Source: Enterobacteria phage FfLilac | DNA: 6,424 bases | Sequence record: PP430150.1 | Reading direction: 5' to 3' (one strand) | In this document: positions 1-5,166 of the stretch, piece after piece | Layout of the letters: each line of letters begins with the position of its first letter | Position numbering within the stretch: the first letter of the stretch is position 1 | The notes under the pieces: model-generated | Told to the model about the DNA's origin: nothing | The model's database searches: none | The model's input: only the letters and a program-made list of their open reading frames with translations | Position numbers and translations under genes: made by a program

Positions 1-78
1 CGGCGCATTAAGCGCGGCGGGTGTGGTGGTTACGCGCAGCGTGACCGCTACACTTGCCAGCGCCCTAGCGCCCGCTCC
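1..78 (+). other. Morphogenetic packaging signal (PS, hairpin A) of an Ff phage, immediately downstream of the gene IV stop
   Basis: GC-rich imperfect inverted repeat (gcgcattaagcgcggcgggtgtggtggttacgcgcagcg / cgctacacttgccagcgccctagcgcc) that I recognise as the f1/M13 sequence following gene IV. Boundaries approximate. Confidence 0.7.
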
Positions 79-79
79 T

Positions 80-240
80 TTCGCTTTCTTCCCTTCCTTT
101 CTCGCCACGTTCGCCGGCTTTCCCCGTCAAGCTCTAAATCGGGGGCTCCCTTTAGGGTTCCGATTTAGTGCTTTACGGCACCTCGACCCCAAAAAACTTG
201 ATTTGGGTGATGGTTCACGTAGTGGGCCATCGCCCTGATA
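80..240 (+). promoter_or_regulatory. Minus-strand (complementary strand) origin region, where host RNA polymerase makes the primer (hairpins B/C)
   Basis: Sequence matches my recollection of the f1 origin segment (ctttcttcccttcctttctcgccacgttcgccggctttccccgtcaagctctaaatcgggggctccctttagggttccgatttagtgctttacggcacctcgacc). Position between PS and the plus origin fits Ff architecture. Boundaries approximate. Confidence 0.55.
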
Positions 241-261
241 GACGGTTTTTCGCCCTTTGCC

Positions 262-420
262 GTTGGAGTCCAACGTTCTTTAATATTGGACTCTTGTTCC
301 AAACTGGAACAACACTCACAACTAACTCGGCCTATTCTTTTGATTTATAAGGATTTTTGTCATTTTCTGCTTATTGGTTAAAAAATAAGCTGATTTAACA
401 AATATTTAACGCGAAATTTA
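262..420 (+). promoter_or_regulatory. Plus-strand origin: nicking hairpin (stem 266-273/286-293), pII-binding hairpin (stem 295-301/307-313), then the A/T-rich enhancer (domain B)
   Basis: Perfect 8-bp inverted repeat gagtccaa...ttggactc around the loop cgttctttaata, which contains the conserved ctttaat/a nick context (predicted nick between 284 and 285). Second inverted repeat ttgttcc-aaact-ggaacaa. Downstream A/T-rich tract up to ~420. Confidence 0.7.
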
Positions 421-434
421 ACAAAACATTAACG

Positions 435-463
435 TTTACAATTTAAATATTTGCTTATACAAT
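435..463 (+). promoter_or_regulatory. Putative sigma70 promoter for gene II (-35 tttaca 435-440, 17-bp spacer, -10 tacaat 458-463)
   Basis: Near-consensus hexamers with 17-bp spacing, ~45 nt upstream of the gene II ATG at 507. Position agrees with the known gene II promoter in the Ff intergenic region. Confidence 0.55.
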
Positions 464-506
464 CATCCTGTTTTTGGGGCTTTTCTGATTATCAACCGGG
501 GTACAT

Positions 507-1739
507 ATGATTGACATGCTAGTTTTACGATTACCGTTCATCGATTCTCTTGTTTGCTCCAGACTTTCAGGTAATGACCTGATAGCCTTTGTAGACCTCT
601 CAAAAATAGCTACCCTCTCCGGCATGAATTTATCAGCTAGAACGGTTGAATATCATATTGACGGTGATTTGACTGTCTCCGGCCTTTCTCACCCGTTTGA
701 ATCTTTGCCTACTCATTACTCCGGCATTGCATTTAAAATATATGAGGGTTCTAAAAATTTTTATCCCTGCGTTGAAATTAAGGCTTCACCAGCAAAAGTA
801 TTACAGGGTCATAATGTTTTTGGTACAACCGATTTAGCTTTATGCTCTGAGGCTTTATTGCTTAATTTTGCCAACTCTCTGCCTTGCCTGTATGATTTAT
901 TGGATGTTAACGCTACTACCATTAGTAGAATTGATGCCACCTTTTCAGCTCGCGCCCCAAATGAAAATATAGCTAAACAGGTTATTGACCATTTGCGAAA
1001 TGTATCTAATGGTCAAACTAAATCTACTCGTTCGCAGAATTGGGAATCAACTGTTACATGGAATGAAACTTCCAGACACCGTACTTTAGTTGCATATTTA
1101 AAACATGTTGAACTACAGCACCAGATTCAGCAATTAAGCTCTAAGCCATCCGCAAAAATGACCTCTTATCAAAAGGAGCAATTAAAGGTACTGTCTAATC
1201 CTGACCTGTTGGAATTTGCTTCCGGTCTGGTTCGCTTTGAGGCTCGAATTAAAACCCGATATTTGAAGTCTTTCGGGCTTCCTCTTAATCTTTTTGATGC
1301 AATTCGCTTTGCTTCTGACTATAATAGACAGGGTAAAGACCTTATTTTTGATTTATGGTCATTCTCGTTTTCTGAACTGTTTAAAGCATTTGAGGGGGAT
1401 TCAATGAATATTTATGACGATTCCGCAGTATTGGACGCTATCCAGTCTAAACATTTTACAATTACCCCCTCTGGCAAAACTTCCTTTGCAAAAGCCTCTC
1501 GCTATTTTGGTTTCTATCGTCGTCTGGTTAATGAGGGTTATGATGCTGTTGCTCTTACCATGCCTCGTAATTCCTTTTGGCGTTATGTATCTGCATTAGT
1601 TGAGTGCGGTATTCCTAAATCTCAATTGATGAATCTTTCCACCTGTAATAATGTTGTTCCGTTAGTTCGTTTTATTAACGTAGATTTTTTCTCCCAACGT
1701 CCTGACTGGTATAATGAGCCAGTTCTTAAAATCGCATAA
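507..1739 (+). CDS. II: Gene II protein, rolling-circle replication initiator (site-specific nickase), 410 aa
   Basis: ORF 507..1739 (ATG to TAA). Translation MIDMLVLRLPFIDSLVCSRLSGNDLIAFVDLSKIATLSGMNLSAR... is recognisably Ff pII, with correct length and position after the origin. Confidence 0.95.
   Translation: MIDMLVLRLPFIDSLVCSRLSGNDLIAFVDLSKIATLSGMNLSARTVEYHIDGDLTVSGLSHPFESLPTHYSGIAFKIYEGSKNFYPCVEIKASPAKVLQGHNVFGTTDLALCSEALLLNFANSLPCLYDLLDVNATTISRIDATFSARAPNENIAKQVIDHLRNVSNGQTKSTRSQNWESTVTWNETSRHRTLVAYLKHVELQHQIQQLSSKPSAKMTSYQKEQLKVLSNPDLLEFASGLVRFEARIKTRYLKSFGLPLNLFDAIRFASDYNRQGKDLIFDLWSFSFSELFKAFEGDSMNIYDDSAVLDAIQSKHFTITPSGKTSFAKASRYFGFYRRLVNEGYDAVALTMPRNSFWRYVSALVECGIPKSQLMNLSTCNNVVPLVRFINVDFFSQRPDWYNEPVLKIA
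1404..1739 (+). CDS. X: Gene X protein, the in-frame C-terminal 111 aa of pII made from an internal start
   Basis: Internal ATG at 1404-1406 (codon 300 of gene II) begins MNIYDDSAVLDAIQ... and is in frame to the gene II stop. Established Ff nested gene. Confidence 0.8.
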   Translation: MNIYDDSAVLDAIQSKHFTITPSGKTSFAKASRYFGFYRRLVNEGYDAVALTMPRNSFWRYVSALVECGIPKSQLMNLSTCNNVVPLVRFINVDFFSQRPDWYNEPVLKIA

Positions 1740-1750
1740 GGTAATTCAAA

Positions 1751-2014
1751 ATGATTAAAGTTGAAATTAAACCATCTCAAGCGCAATTTACTACCCGTTC
1801 TGGTGTTTCTCGTCATGGCAAGCCTTATTCACTGAATGAGCAGCTTTGTTACGTTGATTTGGGTAATGAATATCCGGTGCTTGTCAAGATTACTCTCGAC
1901 GAGGGTCAGCCAGCGTATGCGCCTGGTCTGTACACCGTGCATCTGTCCTCGTTCAAAGTTGGTCAGTTCGGTTCTCTTATGATTGACCGTCTGCGCCTCG
2001 TTCCGGCTAAGTAA
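1751..2014 (+). CDS. V: Gene V protein, single-stranded DNA-binding protein, 87 aa
   Basis: ORF 1751..2014. Translation MIKVEIKPSQAQFTTRSGVSR.GKPYSLNEQLCYVDLGNEYPVLVKITLDEGQPAYAPGLYTVHLSSFKVGQFGSLMIDRLRLVPAK matches Ff g5p. A GG-containing Shine-Dalgarno (taaggtaa) lies upstream. Confidence 0.95.
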   Translation: MIKVEIKPSQAQFTTRSGVSRHGKPYSLNEQLCYVDLGNEYPVLVKITLDEGQPAYAPGLYTVHLSSFKVGQFGSLMIDRLRLVPAK

Positions 2015-2015
2015 C

Positions 2016-2117
2016 ATGGAGCAGGTCGCGGATTTCGACACAATTTATCAGGCGATGATACAAATCTCCGTTGTACTTTGTTTCGCGCTTGGTATAATCG
2101 CTGGGGGTCAAAGATGA
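2016..2117 (+). CDS. VII: Gene VII protein, minor coat protein at the tip that emerges first, 33 aa
   Basis: ATG at 2016-2018, two bases after the gene V TAA. Translates MEQVADFDTIYQAMIQISVVLCFALGIIAGGQR. Its TGA stop (2115-2117) overlaps the gene IX ATG (ATGA). Not in the ORF track (too short), read by hand. Confidence 0.85.
   Translation: MEQVADFDTIYQAMIQISVVLCFALGIIAGGQR
2071..2098 (+). promoter_or_regulatory. Putative strong promoter for gene VIII (-35 ttgtac 2071-2076, 16-bp spacer, -10 tataat 2093-2098)
   Basis: Perfect TATAAT -10 hexamer with a TTG-containing -35 inside gene VII, ~110 nt upstream of gene VIII. Consistent with the known internal promoter that boosts gene VIII expression. 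Exact hexamers are my reading. Confidence 0.5.
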
Positions 2118-2212
2118 GTGTTTTAGTGTATTCTTTCGCCTCTTTCGTTTTAGGTTGGTGCCTTCGTAGTGGCATTACGTATTTTACCCGTTTAATGGAA
2201 ACTTCCTCATGA
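2114..2212 (+). CDS. IX: Gene IX protein, minor coat protein, 32 aa
   Basis: ATG at 2114-2116, translating MSVLVYSFASFVLGWCLRSGITYFTRLMETSS. Its TGA stop (2210-2212) overlaps the gene VIII ATG (2209-2211). Read by hand. Confidence 0.85.
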   Translation: MSVLVYSFASFVLGWCLRSGITYFTRLMETSS

Positions 2213-2430
2213 AAAAGTCTTTAGTCCTCAAAGCCTCCGTAGCCGTTGCTACCCTCGTTCCGATGCTGTCTTTCGCTGCTGAGGGTGACGATCCCGCAAA
2301 AGCGGCCTTTGACTCCCTGCAAGCCTCAGCGACCGAATATATCGGTTATGCGTGGGCGATGGTTGTTGTCATTGTCGGCGCAGCTATCGGTATCAAGCTG
2401 TTTAAGAAATTCACCTCGAAAGCAAGCTGA
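2209..2430 (+). CDS. VIII: Gene VIII protein, major coat protein precursor, 73 aa (23-aa signal peptide plus 50-aa mature protein)
   Basis: ORF 2209..2430. Leader MKKSLVLKASVAVATLVPMLSFA, then mature AEGDDPAKAAFDSLQASATEYIGYAWAMVVVIVGA.IGIKLFKKFTSKAS. Asp at mature position 12 is fd/f1-like (M13 has Asn, from memory). Confidence 0.95.
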   Translation: MKKSLVLKASVAVATLVPMLSFAAEGDDPAKAAFDSLQASATEYIGYAWAMVVVIVGAAIGIKLFKKFTSKAS

Positions 2431-2445
2431 TAAACCGATACAATT

Positions 2446-2473
2446 AAAGGCTCCTTTTGGAGCCTTTTTTTTT
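2446..2473 (+). terminator. Rho-independent terminator downstream of gene VIII
   Basis: Stem aaaggctcc (2446-2454), loop tttt, stem ggagccttt (2459-2467) running into a T-run to 2473. Classic intrinsic terminator, located where the Ff central terminator is known to be. Confidence 0.85.
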
Positions 2474-2486
2474 GGAGATTTTCAAC

Positions 2487-3776
2487 GTGAAAAAATTATT
2501 ATTCGCAATTCCTTTAGTTGTTCCTTTCTATTCTCACTCCGCTGAAACTGTTGAAAGTTGTTTAGCAAAACCTCATACAGAAAATTCATTTACTAACGTC
2601 TGGAAAGACGACAAAACTTTAGATCGTTACGCTAACTATGAGGGCTGTCTGTGGAATGCTACAGGCGTTGTGGTTTGTACTGGTGACGAAACTCAGTGTT
2701 ACGGTACATGGGTTCCTATTGGGCTTGCTATCCCTGAAAATGAGGGTGGTGGCTCTGAGGGTGGCGGTTCTGAGGGTGGCGGTTCTGAGGGTGGCGGTAC
2801 TAAACCTCCTGAGTACGGTGATACACCTATTCCGGGCTATACTTATATCAACCCTCTTGACGGCACTTATCCGCCTGGTACTGAGCAAAACCCCGCTAAT
2901 CCTAATCCTTCTCTTGAGGAGTCTCAGCCTCTTAATACTTTCATGTTTCAGAATAATAGGTTCCGAAATAGGCAGGGTGCATTAACTGTTTATACGGGCA
3001 CTGTTACTCAAGGCACTGACCCCGTTAAAACTTATTACCAGTACACTCCTGTATCATCAAAAGCCATGTATGAAGCTTACTGGAACGGTAAATTCAGAGA
3101 CTGCGCTTTCCATTCTGGCTTTAATGAGGATCCATTCGTTTGTGAATATCAAGGCCAATCGTCTGACCTGCCTCAACCTCCTGTCAATACTGGCGGCGGC
3201 TCTGGTGGTGGTTCTGGTGGCGGCTCTGAGGGTGGCGGCTCTGAGGGTGGCGGCTCTGAGGGTGGCGGTTCTGAGGGTGGCGGTTCTGAGGGTGGCGGTT
3301 CCGGTGGCGGCTCCGGTTCCGGTGATTTTGATTATGAAAAAATGGCAAACGCTAATAAGGGGGCTATGACCGAAAATGCCGATGAAAACGCGCTACAGTC
3401 TGACGCTAAAGGCAAACTTGATTCTGTCGCTACTGATTACGGTGCTGCTATCGATGGTTTCATTGGTGACGTTTCCGGCCTTGCTAATGGTAATGGTGCT
3501 ACTGGTGATTTTGCTGGCTCTAATTCCCAAATGGCTCAAGTTGGTGACGGTGATAATTCACCTTTAATGAATAATTTCCGTCAATATTTACCTTCTTTGC
3601 CTCAGTCGGTTGAATGTCGCCCTTATGTCTTTGGCGCTGGTAAACCATATGAATTTTCTATTGATTGTGACAAAATAAACTTATTCCGTGGTGTCTTTGC
3701 GTTTCTTTTATACGTTGCTACCTTTATGTATGTATTTTCGACGTTTGCTAACATACTGCGTAATAAGGAGTCTTAA
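2487..3776 (+). CDS. III: Gene III protein, minor coat and adsorption protein (N1-linker-N2-linker-CT), GTG start, 429 aa
   Basis: The ORF track opens at a TTG (2457). The authentic start is GTG at 2487-2489, preceded by ggag (2473-2476), giving signal peptide [18 protein letters not shown] and mature [17 protein letters not shown]... Two glycine-rich linkers and the C-terminal membrane anchor ...[26 protein letters not shown] are present. Stop TAA at 3774-3776. Confidence 0.93.
   Translation: MKKLLFAIPLVVPFYSHSAETVESCLAKPHTENSFTNVWKDDKTLDRYANYEGCLWNATGVVVCTGDETQCYGTWVPIGLAIPENEGGGSEGGGSEGGGSEGGGTKPPEYGDTPIPGYTYINPLDGTYPPGTEQNPANPNPSLEESQPLNTFMFQNNRFRNRQGALTVYTGTVTQGTDPVKTYYQYTPVSSKAMYEAYWNGKFRDCAFHSGFNEDPFVCEYQGQSSDLPQPPVNTGGGSGGGSGGGSEGGGSEGGGSEGGGSEGGGSEGGGSGGGSGSGDFDYEKMANANKGAMTENADENALQSDAKGKLDSVATDYGAAIDGFIGDVSGLANGNGATGDFAGSNSQMAQVGDGDNSPLMNNFRQYLPSLPQSVECRPYVFGAGKPYEFSIDCDKINLFRGVFAFLLYVATFMYVFSTFANILRNKES
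2742..2801 (+). repeat. Four tandem 15-bp units (gagggtggYggYWct) encoding the first glycine-rich linker of pIII (EGGGS x3 + EGGGT)
   Basis: Direct read: gagggtggtggctct / gagggtggcggttct / gagggtggcggttct / gagggtggcggtact, in frame with gene III. Confidence 0.9.
3192..3323 (+). repeat. Tandem 12- and 15-bp units encoding the second glycine-rich linker of pIII (GGGS x3, EGGGS x5, GGGS, GSG)
   Basis: Direct read: three 12-bp GGGS units (3192-3227), five 15-bp gagggtggcggYtcY units (3228-3242, 3243-3257, 3258-3272, 3273-3287, 3288-3302), then ggtggcggctcc ggttccggt. Confidence 0.9.
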
Positions 3777-3778
3777 TC

Positions 3779-4117
3779 ATGCCAGTTCTTTTGGGTATTC
3801 CGTTATTATTGCGTTTCCTCGGTTTCCTTCTGGTAACTTTGTTCGGCTATCTGCTTACTTTCCTTAAAAAGGGCTTCGGTAAGATAGCTATTGCTATTTC
3901 ATTGTTTCTTGCTCTTATTATTGGGCTTAACTCAATTCTTGTGGGTTATCTTTCTGATATTAGCGCACAATTACCCTCTGATTTTGTTCAGGGCGTTCAG
4001 TTAATTCTCCCGTCTAATGCGCTTCCCTGTTTTTATGTTATTCTCTCTGTAAAGGCTGCTATTTTCATTTTTGACGTTAAACAAAAAATCGTTTCTTATT
4101 TGGATTGGGATAAATAA
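3779..4117 (+). CDS. VI: Gene VI protein, minor coat protein, 112 aa
   Basis: ORF 3779..4117. Its ATG lies 2 nt after the gene III stop, with Shine-Dalgarno aaggag (3765-3770) inside the end of gene III. Hydrophobic translation MPVLLGIPLLLRFLGFLLVTLFGYLLTFLKKGFGKIAIAISLFLALIIGLNSILVGYL... matches Ff pVI. Confidence 0.93.
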   Translation: MPVLLGIPLLLRFLGFLLVTLFGYLLTFLKKGFGKIAIAISLFLALIIGLNSILVGYLSDISAQLPSDFVQGVQLILPSNALPCFYVILSVKAAIFIFDVKQKIVSYLDWDK

Positions 4118-4119
4118 AT

Positions 4120-5166
4120 ATGGCTGTTTATTTTGTAACTGGCAAATTAGGCTCTGGAAAGACGCTCGTTAGCGTTGGTAAGATTCAGGATAAAATTGTA
4201 GCTGGGTGCAAAATAGCAACTAATCTTGATTTAAGGCTTCAAAACCTCCCGCAAGTCGGGAGGTTCGCTAAAACGCCTCGCGTTCTTAGAATACCGGATA
4301 AGCCTTCTATTTCTGATTTGCTTGCTATTGGGCGTGGTAATGATTCCTACGACGAAAATAAAAACGGTTTGCTTGTTCTTGATGAATGCGGTACTTGGTT
4401 TAATACCCGTTCATGGAATGACAAGGAAAGACAGCCGATTATTGATTGGTTTCTTCATGCTCGTAAATTGGGATGGGATATTATTTTTCTTGTTCAGGAT
4501 TTATCTATTGTTGATAAACAGGCGCGTTCTGCATTAGCTGAACACGTTGTTTATTGTCGCCGTCTGGACAGAATTACTTTACCCTTTGTCGGCACTTTAT
4601 ATTCTCTTGTTACTGGCTCAAAAATGCCTCTGCCTAAATTACATGTTGGCGTTGTTAAATATGGTGATTCTCAATTAAGCCCTACTGTTGAGCGTTGGCT
4701 TTATACTGGTAAGAATTTATATAACGCATATGACACTAAACAGGCTTTTTCCAGTAATTATGATTCAGGTGTTTATTCATATTTAACCCCTTATTTATCA
4801 CACGGTCGGTATTTCAAACCATTAAATTTAGGTCAGAAGATGAAATTAACTAAAATATATTTGAAAAAGTTTTCTCGCGTTCTTTGTCTTGCGATAGGAT
4901 TTGCATCAGCATTTACATATAGTTATATAACCCAACCTAAGCCGGAGGTTAAAAAGGTAGTCTCTCAGACCTATGATTTTGATAAATTCACTATTGACTC
5001 TTCTCAGCGTCTTAATCTAAGCTATCGCTATGTTTTCAAGGATTCTAAGGGAAAATTAATTAATAGCGACGATTTACAGAAGCAAGGTTATTCCATCACA
5101 TATATTGATTTATGCACTGTTTCAATTAAAAAAGGTAATTCAAATGAAATTGTTAAATGTAATTAA
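4120..5166 (+). CDS. I: Gene I protein, inner-membrane assembly ATPase, 348 aa
   Basis: ORF 4120..5166. Walker A / P-loop GKLGSGKT at residues 8-15. Translation matches Ff pI. Confidence 0.93.
   Translation: MAVYFVTGKLGSGKTLVSVGKIQDKIVAGCKIATNLDLRLQNLPQVGRFAKTPRVLRIPDKPSISDLLAIGRGNDSYDENKNGLLVLDECGTWFNTRSWNDKERQPIIDWFLHARKLGWDIIFLVQDLSIVDKQARSALAEHVVYCRRLDRITLPFVGTLYSLVTGSKMPLPKLHVGVVKYGDSQLSPTVERWLYTGKNLYNAYDTKQAFSSNYDSGVYSYLTPYLSHGRYFKPLNLGQKMKLTKIYLKKFSRVLCLAIGFASAFTYSYITQPKPEVKKVVSQTYDFDKFTIDSSQRLNLSYRYVFKDSKGKLINSDDLQKQGYSITYIDLCTVSIKKGNSNEIVKCN
4840..5166 (+). CDS. XI: Gene XI protein (pI*), the in-frame C-terminal 108 aa of pI made from an internal start
   Basis: Internal ATG at 4840-4842 (codon 241 of gene I) begins MKLTKIYLKKFSRVLCLAIGFASAF..., covering the transmembrane segment and periplasmic domain of pI. 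Established Ff nested gene. Confidence 0.75.
   Translation: MKLTKIYLKKFSRVLCLAIGFASAFTYSYITQPKPEVKKVVSQTYDFDKFTIDSSQRLNLSYRYVFKDSKGKLINSDDLQKQGYSITYIDLCTVSIKKGNSNEIVKCN

Noticed and set aside
23-350. ORFs 23..238 (71 aa) and 168..350 (60 aa) in the ORF track
   Set aside because: They lie over the packaging signal and replication origins, which are structured non-coding DNA in all Ff phages. There is no convincing ribosome-binding site, and the translations are low-complexity.
1622-2175. Minus-strand ORFs 1622..1816, 1829..2041 and 1963..2175
   Set aside because: Ff phages transcribe only the + strand. These overlap genes II, V, VII and IX in antisense, lack start signals, and encode Arg/Thr-rich low-complexity peptides typical of antisense artefacts.
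2457-2486. TTG start at 2457 for gene III, as given by the ORF track
   Set aside because: This start falls inside the gene VIII terminator hairpin and T-run. The GTG at 2487 is preceded by a ggag Shine-Dalgarno and yields the known pIII signal peptide.
2742-3323. Tandem 12-15 bp direct repeats as a possible CRISPR array or non-coding VNTR
   Set aside because: The units are contiguous with no spacers, far shorter than CRISPR repeats, and lie in frame inside gene III, where they encode the known Gly/Ser-rich linkers.
2619-3567. ORFs with repetitive peptides ([10 protein letters not shown]..., [11 protein letters not shown]..., [10 protein letters not shown]...) at 2619..2888 (-), 2638..2985 (+), 3070..3369 (+), 3376..3567 (+)
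   Set aside because: These are off-frame or antisense readings of the gene III glycine-linker repeats and nearby gene III sequence. The periodicity comes from the 15-bp EGGGS codon repeats, not from independent genes.
1414-4537. Small + strand ORFs 1414..1599, 2246..2545 and 4322..4537
   Set aside because: Alternative-frame ORFs wholly inside or overlapping genes II, VIII/III and I, with no ribosome-binding sites and no known Ff counterpart.
5105-5143. Upstream in-frame ATG at 5105 as the gene IV start, as given by the ORF track
   Set aside because: It would add 13 residues ahead of the signal peptide. The ATG at 5144, with aaagg upstream, gives the canonical MKLLNVINFVFLMFVSSSSFA leader.
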